DNA of 61,004 bases, filler included, from 5 parts of 5 records of this genome joined end to end with filler, not necessarily neighbours in it; one strand, 5' to 3'. Shown: positions 50,744 to 60,636, numbered from the whole stretch's first letter. Numbers and translations: made by a program. Notes: generated from the sequence alone by a model not told the origin.

Positions 50744-51571
50744 ATGAGACTGGGCTGTATTCTTATTGCAGCGGGCCTGCTTGCAGCCTGCGGACAGGAG
50801 CGTGAAGCCGCGCCAGCAGAGGCACCTGCAGCCGCACCTGCGCCTACAGAGCCATCGGAACTCAGCAGCGCGCTGGAAGAAGAGCCTGCGCCGCTGCCGG
50901 CCGATGATGTCGATTACCAGACGCTGTCGGGATACGATTCCACCTGGTATGTCAGTGCAGGCTGGCCGGGGGAGTATCCGGCCGGATTTGCCGTTCTGGA
51001 TGCAGGTATCAGCGCGCCCGCCTGGACCGTACCGAATGGCGATCGCGAGGCTGATGCCAGCTGCACCCTGCCGCAATATGCCAATTACCAGCTCTGGAAC
51101 ACTGAGCGCGTGGAGGGCGACGACCTCCGCTTCTTCGTCGCGACCAAGACATTCCCGGTAACGCTGAACCAGAATGCCAGTGTGGAATACATTTCCGATG
51201 GTGAAATTCGCAAGCTTGAACTGACTGCGGGCGACCAGCTGACTTTCCTGCGCTATCTGGGCGAGGGGTTCACCGTCTTGTCGTTTGAAGGCGTCGAGTA
51301 CGGGATCAACGAGGCCGAGTTGCGCGATGTCAGCGATATCGGTTCAATGCCCACGGTCGAAGACCAGTGGGTGCGTGTCACCTGCGCAGATGGCAGCCAG
51401 CCCTGGCTGCTCTATGCGGCGATGATAGAGCTCGACGGGGTGGTGCCATCGCCCATGCTGGCCTACGGCGAGTCATGGGACATTGCGCCTGAAGACGTTG
51501 AGCAGGTTCGCGCCGAGGCCGAGGCCAACCGCCTTGCCTATGAGGGGCTGGAGCCCGGCGTTCTGGAGTAA
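50744..51571 (+). CDS. Uncharacterised acidic lipoprotein
   Basis: GAGG upstream; LAAC lipobox; Ala/Pro/Glu linker; GWPGEYP motif. Confidence 0.75.
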   Translation: MRLGCILIAAGLLAACGQEREAAPAEAPAAAPAPTEPSELSSALEEEPAPLPADDVDYQTLSGYDSTWYVSAGWPGEYPAGFAVLDAGISAPAWTVPNGDREADASCTLPQYANYQLWNTERVEGDDLRFFVATKTFPVTLNQNASVEYISDGEIRKLELTAGDQLTFLRYLGEGFTVLSFEGVEYGINEAELRDVSDIGSMPTVEDQWVRVTCADGSQPWLLYAAMIELDGVVPSPMLAYGESWDIAPEDVEQVRAEAEANRLAYEGLEPGVLE

Positions 51572-52800
51572 ACGTCCATCGCGATGGCATTCAGCCGACC
51601 TCGCAGGGCTAGCAGGATGATGCTTGCGCTGACGGAGATCACGGCCATGCCAGCCAGCTGGACCGGAAACGCGATACCGGCGTCAATCAGGTATCCTGTT
51701 ACCAAAGGGGAAAGCGCAGAGGCGAGCACGATGGCGGCGAAGGTCAGCGCGCGAACCTCTCCCAGATATCGAAGTCCGAACAATTCCGGCATGAGCGTGC
51801 CGGCAAGGGCGGAATCCGTTCCTGCGGTCAGCCCGATCAGCACCATTGCCACGGGAACCACCCACACAGCGTCCACCGGCCAGAGCAGCGCGAGGCCCGC
51901 GGCCATCGGCAGCTGATAGACGGCCATCATGGCGCGGGCGCTGAACCTGTCGATCAGTCCGCCTGCAAACAGGCTGGCAACGATCCGGGCCAGCGCAAAG
52001 GCGGTAAAGGTGGCAGCGAACAGGCCTGTGCTCCACCCCTTCACATCGGTCAGGTGCAGTTGATGGAAGAACAGCGCTGTCATCATGGCCGCCGGGTTCA
52101 CCGCGCACAGGATCAACACCCAGAAAACCGGCGCGCGCAGGACCTCCCGTCGCCGCCAGCTTTGTTTGGCCGGGGCAGGGCGCGTACTTTCTGTCTCTGC
52201 CAGGTCTGTAGCCTGGCCTTTCGGCACGCGGTCCTTCGCCAGCAGACCCCACAGCACCGGGCCAAGGCCGAGCGCCAGCGCGGCGGCTGACAGGGTCCAG
52301 GCCAGCCGGTCGCCGGTCAGGGCGATCAGCGCCACCGCCGCCGCCGGAACGATGGCAATGCCCGCCGCATGGCCCAGAGACACAATGCTGACCGCCATGC
52401 CGCGCCGGGCTTCAAACCACCGCCCGGTCGCTGTCATCGCCACATGGCCCATCATGCCCTGGCCGAACAGGCGCAGCAGCAAATAGGCCGCAAACAGCAT
52501 GACCGGGCCCTGCACCCCCGCCATGACGAGGCAGGCCAGCGACAGTCCGGCAACGGTAATCATCGCTGCCGTGCGCGCCCGCACGCGGTCCACGATCTTG
52601 CCGAATTCCAGCAGGATCAGCGCGCTGGACGTGGTGGCCAGCGCATAGACAAGGCCCAGTGAGCCGTGGCTGAAGCCGAACCGCTCGATCAGCGCAGAAT
52701 TGGAGAGCGACACAAAATAGGTTTGCCCGAAGGCAGACCCCATCGTCATCAGGAACCCGGCCAGCAGCCAGCGGAAATTCCCGATGAGAAACCTAGTCAT
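51538..52800 (-). CDS. MFS transporter
   Basis: About 12 TM helices; FGQTY, GKIVDR, GGLIDRF, ELFG. Confidence 0.88.
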   Translation of the reverse strand: MTRFLIGNFRWLLAGFLMTMGSAFGQTYFVSLSNSALIERFGFSHGSLGLVYALATTSSALILLEFGKIVDRVRARTAAMITVAGLSLACLVMAGVQGPVMLFAAYLLLRLFGQGMMGHVAMTATGRWFEARRGMAVSIVSLGHAAGIAIVPAAAVALIALTGDRLAWTLSAAALALGLGPVLWGLLAKDRVPKGQATDLAETESTRPAPAKQSWRRREVLRAPVFWVLILCAVNPAAMMTALFFHQLHLTDVKGWSTGLFAATFTAFALARIVASLFAGGLIDRFSARAMMAVYQLPMAAGLALLWPVDAVWVVPVAMVLIGLTAGTDSALAGTLMPELFGLRYLGEVRALTFAAIVLASALSPLVTGYLIDAGIAFPVQLAGMAVISVSASIILLALRGRLNAIAMDVYSRTPGSSPS

Positions 52801-54442
52801 CCCGGAACCGGTTCGTGATCGGATAGCGCCGGTCGCGGCCGAAATTCTTGCCGCCGACCTTCACGCCGGGCGGGGCCTGACGGCGCTTGTACTCCGCGAT
52901 GTAGAGCAGATGCTCGATCCGTTTCACCACGGCCCGGTCATGCCCGCGGGCGAGGATGGCCTCGATCGGCTCTTCCGCGTCCACCAGGCCGCGCAGAATA
53001 TCGTCCAGCACATCATAGGGCGGCAACGAGTCATCATCGCGCTGGTCCTCGCGCAGCTCTGCAGAGGGCGGCTTGGTGATGATCCGCTCCGGGATCACTT
53101 CGCCCGCCGGGCCGAGCGCGCCGCGCGGCACCATCGTATTGCGCCATTTGGCCAGCTCGAACACTTCGGTCTTGTAGAAATCCTTCAGCGCATTGTAGCC
53201 GCCGCACATGTCGCCATAGAGCGTCGCATAGCCGACCGCCATTTCGGATTTGTTGCCCGTCGTCACCACCATATGGCCGAACTTGTTCGACAGCGCCATC
53301 AGCGTCACGGCCCTCAGGCGCGACTGGATGTTCTCTTCGGTCGTGTCCGGCTTGGTGCCGGCAAACTGGTCGGCCAGCATCTCGCCCATCGCGCCCACGC
53401 CGGGGGCGATGTTGATGCTGTCATATTTCACGCCCAGCGCCTCGGCGCAGGCTTTCGCGTCTTCCAGACTGTCCGAGGACGTATATTTAGACGGCATCAT
53501 CACACACCAGACCCGGTCCGGCCCCAACGCATCCACCGCCATCGCCGCCGTCAGCGCAGAATCGATCCCGCCCGACATGCCCAGCACGACGCCGGGGAAT
53601 TTGTTCTTGTTGACATAATCGCCCAGCGCCATCACCGCCGCGCGGTATTCGGCATGCCAGCCCTCGGTCAGCTCCGCCTTCGCCTCGCTGGCAAAGCGGT
53701 GCGTAGCCGGATCATATTCCACCAGCGCCGTGCCGGTCTCGAAATCGCCGAGCAATTGGTGCTCCGTCCCGTCATGGTCCACGGCGTAGGAGCTGCCGTC
53801 AAAGACCAGCTCGTCCTGCCCGCCCACCTGGTTGACGAACAGATATGGCACGCCCGTCTTGCGCCAGGCCGAAAACGTTGTGTGCCGCTCCACCTGCACG
53901 GTCCGCCGCCAGGGCGAGCCATTCGGCACGATCAGCATCTCTGCCCCCGCATCATGCAACAGGCTGGGCACGCGCGGATACCAGATGTCCTCACAGATCG
54001 CGACGCCGATCTTCACGCCGTGAAACTCGAACACGGGCAGGTTTTCGTCGCCGGCATCGAAGATGCGCTTTTCGTCAAACACGCCATAATTGGGCAGTTC
54101 GCGCTTGTCATAGCGGCCCTTGATGGCCCCGCCAGACAGCCAGACGGCGGAATTGTAGCGCTTGCCATCTTCGGCCCAGGGCGACCCGATGATCATGTCT
54201 GGCGCGCCGTCTGTTTCAGCGGCCAGATCGCGCACCGCCTGCATGGAATCCTCTACCGCGGCAGGCTTCAGCACCAGATCTTCGGCCGGATAGCCCAGGA
54301 TGAACAATTCCGACAGCACGACCAGATCGGCGCCCGCCGCTTTCCCCTCGGCCAGCGCGCCCCGCGCCAGCTCCAGATTGCCCCCAATATCCCCCACCAC
54401 CGGGTTCAACTGCGCGACCAAGATTCTCAGCTTTTTGCTCAT
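52793..54442 (-). CDS. nadE: Glutamine-dependent NAD+ synthetase
   Basis: Nitrilase domain (ELF..GYP, LPNYGVFDEKR, ICEDIW) plus SGGIDS, ENIQSR, NKSE, PSAEL. Confidence 0.95.
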   Translation of the reverse strand: MSKKLRILVAQLNPVVGDIGGNLELARGALAEGKAAGADLVVLSELFILGYPAEDLVLKPAAVEDSMQAVRDLAAETDGAPDMIIGSPWAEDGKRYNSAVWLSGGAIKGRYDKRELPNYGVFDEKRIFDAGDENLPVFEFHGVKIGVAICEDIWYPRVPSLLHDAGAEMLIVPNGSPWRRTVQVERHTTFSAWRKTGVPYLFVNQVGGQDELVFDGSSYAVDHDGTEHQLLGDFETGTALVEYDPATHRFASEAKAELTEGWHAEYRAAVMALGDYVNKNKFPGVVLGMSGGIDSALTAAMAVDALGPDRVWCVMMPSKYTSSDSLEDAKACAEALGVKYDSINIAPGVGAMGEMLADQFAGTKPDTTEENIQSRLRAVTLMALSNKFGHMVVTTGNKSEMAVGYATLYGDMCGGYNALKDFYKTEVFELAKWRNTMVPRGALGPAGEVIPERIITKPPSAELREDQRDDDSLPPYDVLDDILRGLVDAEEPIEAILARGHDRAVVKRIEHLLYIAEYKRRQAPPGVKVGGKNFGRDRRYPITNRFRDD

Positions 54443-54451
54443 ATGGAGCAT

Positions 54452-54551
54452 NNNNNNNNNNNNNNNNNNNNNNNNNNNNNNNNNNNNNNNNNNNNTTAAT
54501 TAATTAANNNNNNNNNNNNNNNNNNNNNNNNNNNNNNNNNNNNNNNNNNNN
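54452..54551. other. Artificial contig spacer
   Basis: N44-TTAATTAATTAA-N44. Confidence 0.98.
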
Positions 54552-54576
54552 TCCTGCCGGCAAGCAAAGCTTGCCT

Positions 54577-54601
54577 TTCGCTTGCTAGCAAGCTCCCACA
54601 A
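54577..54601 (-). repeat. REP element (GTGGGAGC type)
   Basis: Minus strand TGTGGGA-GCTTGC-TA-GCAAGC-GAA. Confidence 0.7.
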
Positions 54602-54688
54602 GGCTGGCTTCCACAAGCTCGCGTCGTTTTCACCGCCGCTGTGTTAGCGTCTTGATATTGAGTTTCTTCCAAGGATCAGGAGAACCCG

Positions 54689-56725
54689 ATGAGTGATGAT
54701 CCCCAGCAAAGCCCCGCCCCAGAACAAAAACCCAAGGTGCTGATCAACCCGCCGGTGTTCTTCACTTCGGTGGCGATCATCGCCGCCATGGTGCTGTTTT
54801 CGGTGATCGTGCCGGAAACCGCGGAAACCGTGTTCGACAACGTCAAAGCGCGGGTGATCAGCGACGCCGGCTGGTTCTACGTGCTCACCGTGGCGATCAT
54901 CATCACCCTGGTGACCTTTCTGGCGGTGAGCCGCTTCGGGGACATCAAGTTGGGCAAGGATCACTCGGAGCCGGACTACAGCTACGGGTCCTGGTTCGCG
55001 ATGCTGTTCTCCGCGGGCATGGGCATCGGCCTGATGTTCTTCGGCGTCGCCGAGCCGGTGACCCACTTCACCGCGCCGCCGATGGCGGACCCGGGCACCA
55101 TCGCCGCCGCCAAGGAGGCGATGCGCGCCACCTTCTTCCACTGGGGGCTGCACGCCTGGAGCATCTACGCCATTGTCGGCCTGATTCTCGCCTACTTCAG
55201 TTTCCGGCACGGCCTGCCGCTGACGCTGCGCTCAGCGCTCTACCCGCTGATCGGCAAGAAAATCTACGGCCCGCTGGGCCACGCGGTGGACATCTTCGCG
55301 GTGGTGGGCACGGTGTTCGGCGTGGCCACCTCGCTGGGCTTCGGCGTCGAGCAGGTCAACGCCGGCCTGAACTATCTGTTCGGACTGCCCAAGAACGAAT
55401 GGGTGCAGGTGGGGCTGATCGTCGCCATCACCGGCCTGGCCACCATCTCCGTGGTCACCGGCCTGGACGCCGGCATCCGCCGCCTGTCCGAACTGAACCT
55501 GGGGCTCGCCTTCCTGCTGCTGGCGTTCGTGCTGATCCTGGGCCCCACCGTGTTCCTGCTGAAAGCCTATGTGCAGAACCTGGGCGATTACCTTTCCGAG
55601 CTGGTCAGCATGACCTTCAACCTCTACACCTATCAGCCCAAGGTGGAGGACGGCCCGCAGGACTGGATGGGCGGCTGGACCCTGTTCTATTGGGGCTGGT
55701 GGATTTCCTGGTCGCCGTTCGTGGGCATGTTCATCGCCCGTGTTTCCCGCGGCCGCACCATCCGTGAATTCGCCCTGGGCGTGATGCTGGTGCCCGCCGG
55801 CTTCACCCTGTTCTGGATGACCGTGTTCGGCGATTCCGCGATCCGCATGATTCTGGACGGCTCCTACGCGCAACTGGCGGAATACGTGAAGGACGACAAC
55901 GCGGTGGCGTTGTTCCGCTTCCTGGAGCAGTTCCCCTGGTCGGGCTTTATTTCCGGCGTCGCCACCCTGATGGTGGTGGTGTTCTTCGTCACCTCCTCGG
56001 ACTCCGGTTCCATGGTGGTGGACATGCTGGCCTCCGGCGGCCACGACGACACCCCGGTGTGGCAGCGGATTTTCTGGGCCGGCTCCGAGGGTCTGGTGGC
56101 GATCGCGCTGATGCTGGCCGGCGGCCTGCAGGCGCTGCAGTCCGCCACCATCGCCTCGGCGCTGCCGTTCTCGGCGGTGCTGCTGATCGCCTGCTTCGGG
56201 CTGGTCCGATCCTTGAGGGTGGAAGGCATCCGGCGCACCAGCTTCCAGTCCAATCTGGGCACCGCGCCGGCGGCCATCCACGTGGGCCACACCGCGCCCA
56301 CCGGCGGCTGGAAGTCGCGCCTGCGGGGCATGGTCAGCTTCCCGGGCCGCGCCCGGGTCGAGGCGTTCCTGCGCGACGTCGCCACACCGGCCCTTAACGC
56401 CGTGGCCGACGAACTGCGTGGCCACGGCCTGGAAGTGGAAGTGAAAGAAGCCGACGACCGCGCCACCCTGATCGTCGGTCACGCGGAGGAAACCGACTTT
56501 CTCTACGGCGTACGCATACGCGGCTACGCGCGCCCGTCGATCACCATGCGCCAGCTGGAGCACTCGAAACGTCACGCCGACAGCGACCAGTACTTCCGCG
56601 CCGACGTGTTCCTCAGCGAAGGCGGCCAGGACTACGACCTGATGGGCTTCACCCGCGAGCAGGTGATCAGTGACGTGCTCGACCAGTACGAGAAGCACAT
56701 GCATTTCCTGCACATGCTGCGCTGA
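54689..56725 (+). CDS. betT: BCCT family choline/betaine transporter (BetT-like, long C-terminal tail)
   Basis: WFAMLFSAGMGIG, FFHWGLHAW, WTLFYWGWWISWSPFVG, FFVTSSDS. Confidence 0.88.
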   Translation: MSDDPQQSPAPEQKPKVLINPPVFFTSVAIIAAMVLFSVIVPETAETVFDNVKARVISDAGWFYVLTVAIIITLVTFLAVSRFGDIKLGKDHSEPDYSYGSWFAMLFSAGMGIGLMFFGVAEPVTHFTAPPMADPGTIAAAKEAMRATFFHWGLHAWSIYAIVGLILAYFSFRHGLPLTLRSALYPLIGKKIYGPLGHAVDIFAVVGTVFGVATSLGFGVEQVNAGLNYLFGLPKNEWVQVGLIVAITGLATISVVTGLDAGIRRLSELNLGLAFLLLAFVLILGPTVFLLKAYVQNLGDYLSELVSMTFNLYTYQPKVEDGPQDWMGGWTLFYWGWWISWSPFVGMFIARVSRGRTIREFALGVMLVPAGFTLFWMTVFGDSAIRMILDGSYAQLAEYVKDDNAVALFRFLEQFPWSGFISGVATLMVVVFFVTSSDSGSMVVDMLASGGHDDTPVWQRIFWAGSEGLVAIALMLAGGLQALQSATIASALPFSAVLLIACFGLVRSLRVEGIRRTSFQSNLGTAPAAIHVGHTAPTGGWKSRLRGMVSFPGRARVEAFLRDVATPALNAVADELRGHGLEVEVKEADDRATLIVGHAEETDFLYGVRIRGYARPSITMRQLEHSKRHADSDQYFRADVFLSEGGQDYDLMGFTREQVISDVLDQYEKHMHFLHMLR

Positions 56726-57223
56726 TCAGACTTTGTAGAAGCGGGTCAGGGCGTCGAGCCAGAGGCGGGCGCGGGGCGGCGGGCCGTCGCGGTGCAGGCG
56801 CTCGGCGAGGGCCTGGACGTCGGCGGCGAAGCGGGCTTCGTCGCCGGGGTCGCCGTCCAGGTTGTCCAGGGAGACGCGGAACGGATGATTGCAGGCGGCG
56901 CAGAACAGCGCTTCCAGCGCCTGGGGCCGCACTTCCACGCGCAGGAATTCCGCCTGGGCGGCGGCGTCGCGGCCGTCCGGCGCGTACCAGTAGCCGTAGT
57001 CGTCCAGGCGCCGGCGGCGGGGGCCGGCCACGCACCAGTGCGCCACTTCATGGAGGGCGCTGCGGAAATAATCGCGGGTGTAGCGGATACGGGCGGGCTC
57101 ACCCGCCACCGGTGTGCCTGCCAAATACACCGGCTCTTCGAAGCCGCCTTCCAACACGGTGTGGTGGCGCTCGAAAAAAGTGTCCCGAAACAGCGTTTCC
57201 AGGTCGGTGGCGCGGTGCACCAC
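56726..57223 (-). CDS. epmC: Elongation factor P hydroxylase EpmC (YfcM)
   Basis: EEPVY, SALHEVAHWCVAG, DYGYWYAPDGR, VEVRPQALE, SLDNL; GTG start approximate. Confidence 0.88.
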   Translation of the reverse strand: MVHRATDLETLFRDTFFERHHTVLEGGFEEPVYLAGTPVAGEPARIRYTRDYFRSALHEVAHWCVAGPRRRRLDDYGYWYAPDGRDAAAQAEFLRVEVRPQALEALFCAACNHPFRVSLDNLDGDPGDEARFAADVQALAERLHRDGPPPRARLWLDALTRFYKV

Positions 57224-57274
57224 GCCACGGGATTGCGGTATGGTAGCCGCCCCGTGATCAGGCTGTAGTGCGCC

Positions 57275-58657
57275 ATGTCCGCTCATCGTCTCGAATACCT
57301 TGCTCAGTTGCGTCTTGCCCTGCCGATCCTCGGCGGCCAGCTGGCGCAGACCGCCAACGGCTTCGTGGACACCATGATGGCGGGCCGGGTGGGCGCCGAG
57401 GATCTCGCCGCGGTGGCGGTGGGCGCCAGCATCTGGGTGCCGCTGTTCCTGTTCATGACCGGCGTGCTGATGAGCGCCACGCCGATTCTCTCCCGCCACC
57501 TCGGCGGCGAAGCTTACCATCGCGTCAACCCGGTGGCCCAGCAGGGGCTGTGGCTGGCGCTGGGGCTGGGCCTGTTCAGCGCGGTGATACTGCGCTCCAT
57601 GGGGCCGCTGCTGGGCCTGATGGACGTGGACCCGGCGATCCGCCCGCTGGTGGCCGGTTATCTGGACGCGCTCAGCTGGGGCATGCCCGGCGCCGCCGTG
57701 CTGCTGGCATTGCGCAGCTACACCGAGGCGATGAACCACACCCGGCCGGTGCTGTGGATCAGCGTTATCGGCCTGGCCATCAACATTCCCGCCAACTATG
57801 TGCTGATCTACGGCAAGCTGGGTTTCCCCGCCATGGGCGGGGTCGGCTGCGGCTGGGCCACCAGCCTGGTGATGTGGAGCATGGCGCTGATGATGGGCGC
57901 TTATATCCGCCGTCATCCGGTCTACCGCCCGGCGCGGCTAACGCTGCGCGAGCGCCATCTGGAGCTGGCCAGCCTGGGCTACATGCTGCGGCTGGGGCTG
58001 CCGGTGGGGCTGTCGATTTTCTTCGAAGTGAGCATCTTCGCGGTGATCGCGCTGTTGATCAGCCGGCTGGGGCCGGAGATCGTCGCCGGCCATCAGATCG
58101 CGCTCAACTTCACCTCGCTGATTTTCATGATCCCGCTCAGTTTCGCCCTCGCTGCAACGGTGCGCGTGGGGCATGCGCGCGGCCGCCACGACAGCGCCGG
58201 GCTGAGCCGCGCGGTGCGCTGCTCGCTGGCGATGACCGGCGGCATCGGTCTGTTCGCCGGCCTGGCGCTGATCGTCAGCCGACCGTGGATTCCGCACATC
58301 TACACCGACAACCCGGAGGTGATCGCCCTGGCCGCCCACCTGCTGCTGTTCGCCGGCATTTACCAGGTGTCCGATGCCCTGCAGGTGTGCGCCAACGGTT
58401 GCCTGCGCGGCTTCGAAGACACCGCCTGGCCGATGCTGATGACGCTGGTGGCCTACTGGGGCGTGGGTCTGCCGGTGGGTTATGTGCTCGGGCTTACCGA
58501 TCTGTGGGTGCCGGCCATGGGCCCGGCGGGCTTCTGGATCGGTCTGGTGTCGGGCCTCACCGCCGCCGCCGTGCTGCTCGGCATCCGCCTGCGCTGGCGG
58601 CTGCGACAACCGCTGGCGGCGCCGGCTACAAACCTTACGGTTGACGCATTGCATTGA
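57275..58657 (+). CDS. MATE family efflux transporter (NorM/PmpM-like)
   Basis: VDTMMAG, GKLGFPAMGGVGCG, FEVSIF, AGHQIA, DALQV. Confidence 0.92.
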   Translation: MSAHRLEYLAQLRLALPILGGQLAQTANGFVDTMMAGRVGAEDLAAVAVGASIWVPLFLFMTGVLMSATPILSRHLGGEAYHRVNPVAQQGLWLALGLGLFSAVILRSMGPLLGLMDVDPAIRPLVAGYLDALSWGMPGAAVLLALRSYTEAMNHTRPVLWISVIGLAINIPANYVLIYGKLGFPAMGGVGCGWATSLVMWSMALMMGAYIRRHPVYRPARLTLRERHLELASLGYMLRLGLPVGLSIFFEVSIFAVIALLISRLGPEIVAGHQIALNFTSLIFMIPLSFALAATVRVGHARGRHDSAGLSRAVRCSLAMTGGIGLFAGLALIVSRPWIPHIYTDNPEVIALAAHLLLFAGIYQVSDALQVCANGCLRGFEDTAWPMLMTLVAYWGVGLPVGYVLGLTDLWVPAMGPAGFWIGLVSGLTAAAVLLGIRLRWRLRQPLAAPATNLTVDALH

Positions 58658-58670
58658 ACCTCTAAATGCG

Positions 58671-58689
58671 GATAATAACAATTCTTATT
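58671..58689 (+). promoter_or_regulatory. Fur box
   Basis: GATAATAACAATTCTTATT matches 14/19 of GATAATGATAATCATTATC; AT-rich island in very GC-rich DNA, upstream of an iron-type operon. Confidence 0.75.
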
Positions 58690-58738
58690 TGCTTTATTCG
58701 TCCGTGACGGGTGCCGACCCTTCGGCGCTGGGGATTGC

Positions 58739-59047
58739 ATGTCCAAACATTCTTTGCAGCGGTTCGCCGCCTCCCCCGGACTCGGCGTGGCGTCGCGCAC
58801 GCTGGCCGCCGTGTTCGGCGGCTACGCCCTGGCCGCCTGCGCCACCACCGCCCTCGCCCTGTGGCTGCCGGCGGCGCCGGCCACGGCGGTGATCACCGCC
58901 AACCTGCTCTCTTTTCTGATCTACACGGTGGCGGTGCTGTGGGCGTTCGCCACCCGCAGCGCCGCCCGCGCCTGGGCGGGCATCGTGATTCCAGCGCTGA
59001 TGCTGGCCGCCCTCGCCTGGTTGGGCGGCGCGGAGAACCTGCTGTGA
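58739..59047 (+). CDS. DUF3649 family small membrane protein
   Basis: SRTLAAVFGGY...LWAFATRSAARAW. Confidence 0.8.
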   Translation: MSKHSLQRFAASPGLGVASRTLAAVFGGYALAACATTALALWLPAAPATAVITANLLSFLIYTVAVLWAFATRSAARAWAGIVIPALMLAALAWLGGAENLL

Positions 59048-60636
59048 AGGCGGGTCTGCGGCAATCCATGGCCTGGCTGCACACCTGGAGTGGCCTGTTA
59101 CTGGGCTGGCTGCTGCTGGCCATGTTCGTGACCGGCACCAGTGCCTATTTCCGCGAGGAAATCTCCCTGTGGATGGCACCGGAACTGCACCACTCGCAGC
59201 CGTCGCCGGACACCCCGGCACTGGCTTGGGCGGCGCTCAACGCCAAGGCCCCGGACGCGAAAAGCTGGGACATTCAGCTGCCCGAGGCCCGTTCGCCGGT
59301 GGCGCAGCTGCGCTGGCAGCCGGATACCCCTCAGGCCGAGGGCGGCGGACGCCGACGCGGCGAGCAGGCGGTGATGGACGCCGGCACCGGCGAGCTGCTG
59401 ACGCCGCGCGCCAGCCGGGGCGGCGACTTTCTTTACCGCTTTCACTTTGAGCTGTACGGGGTGCCGCGTATCTGGGCACGCTGGCTGGTGTGCGTGGCCA
59501 CCATGTTCATGCTGGTGGCGATCGTCAGCGGCGTGATCACCCACAAGAAAATCTTCAAGGATTTCTTCACCTTCCGGCCCGGCAAGGGCCAGCGCTCCTG
59601 GCTGGACAGCCACAACGCCACGGCGGTGCTGGCGCTGCCGTTTCATTTCATGATCACCTATTCGGGTCTGCTGATTTTCATGGTGATGCTGATGCCCTGG
59701 GGCATGAACGCGGCCTACGAAGACGGCTGGCGCGGCTTCTTCCAGGACGTGTTTCCGCGCGAGGAGGCCGCCGCCGAGGGCGGCGCGGCGGCGCCGATGG
59801 TGGACATCGCGCCGCTGGTGGCGCGCACCCGGGCCACCTTCGACCAGCCGGTGCGCCGCATCAGCGTGGACTGGCCCAACCGGGACAACGCGGTGATCCG
59901 CGTATCCACGGCGAAAGATCCCCACATCACCGACCAGCGCCGGGGCGGCAACCCCACCCTGGTGTTCAACGGCGGCACCGGCGAGTTGCTGGAAACGCGA
60001 CCGGGCGACGAGGCGGTGCCCGGCGCCTTCCGGGTCTACAACCTGCTGGTCAACCTGCACCTGGCGCGCTTCGCCGACCCCACGGTGCGCTGGCTGTTCT
60101 TCCTGTTCGGCGTGGGCGGCACCGCCATGGTCGCCACCGGCATGCTGCTGTGGGTGTCCAAGCGCACCCAGCAGCTGCGCGGCAAGGCGCCGGGCGCCGC
60201 GCTGCGGCTGGTGAACGGGCTCAACATCGCCTCGCTCACCGGCCTGCTGGGCGCGCTGGCCGCCTACTTCGCCGCCAACCGGCTGCTGCCGGTGGAGCTG
60301 GCCGCCCGGGAGAGCTGGGAGATCCGCGTGTTCTTCCTGACCTGGCTGCTGGCCCTGGGCCACGCCCTGCTGCGCCCGGACCGGCGCGGCTGGATCGAGC
60401 AGCTGGCGGCAATCACCGTGCTGTGGGCGGCGTTGCCGCTATTGAATGTGGCCACCACCGACAGCCACCTGTTCAGCGCCACCGCCTGGCGAACCGGCGC
60501 GCTGGCCGGGTTCGATGTGGTGTGTTTGCTGATGGCGGCGACCGGCGGCTACGCGCTGTGGCGGGTGGTGCGGAAGCAACCCGTTCGCGGGCGCGGCCCG
60601 CTCCCACAACGACGCACGGCGGAGGATGGCGCATGA
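59044..60636 (+). CDS. PepSY-associated TM helix protein (iron-regulated membrane reductase-like)
   Basis: WLHTWSGL, YRFHFEL, LDSHN, LPFH, NLHLA; GTGA overlap. Confidence 0.88.
   Translation: MKAGLRQSMAWLHTWSGLLLGWLLLAMFVTGTSAYFREEISLWMAPELHHSQPSPDTPALAWAALNAKAPDAKSWDIQLPEARSPVAQLRWQPDTPQAEGGGRRRGEQAVMDAGTGELLTPRASRGGDFLYRFHFELYGVPRIWARWLVCVATMFMLVAIVSGVITHKKIFKDFFTFRPGKGQRSWLDSHNATAVLALPFHFMITYSGLLIFMVMLMPWGMNAAYEDGWRGFFQDVFPREEAAAEGGAAAPMVDIAPLVARTRATFDQPVRRISVDWPNRDNAVIRVSTAKDPHITDQRRGGNPTLVFNGGTGELLETRPGDEAVPGAFRVYNLLVNLHLARFADPTVRWLFFLFGVGGTAMVATGMLLWVSKRTQQLRGKAPGAALRLVNGLNIASLTGLLGALAAYFAANRLLPVELAARESWEIRVFFLTWLLALGHALLRPDRRGWIEQLAAITVLWAALPLLNVATTDSHLFSATAWRTGALAGFDVVCLLMAATGGYALWRVVRKQPVRGRGPLPQRRTAEDGA
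60583..60609 (-). repeat. REP element inside the PepSY coding sequence
   Basis: GTTCGCGGGCGCGGCCCGCTCCCACAA, 26/27 identical to 60974-61000. Confidence 0.8.

Noticed and set aside
56726-57916. 396-aa EpmC with a long N-terminal extension
   Set aside because: The extension is antisense to the MATE gene; EpmC similarity begins near 57223.
58711-59043. N-terminal extension of the PepSY protein
   Set aside because: It overlaps the DUF3649 gene in another frame; the GTGA overlap at 59044 gives the typical start.
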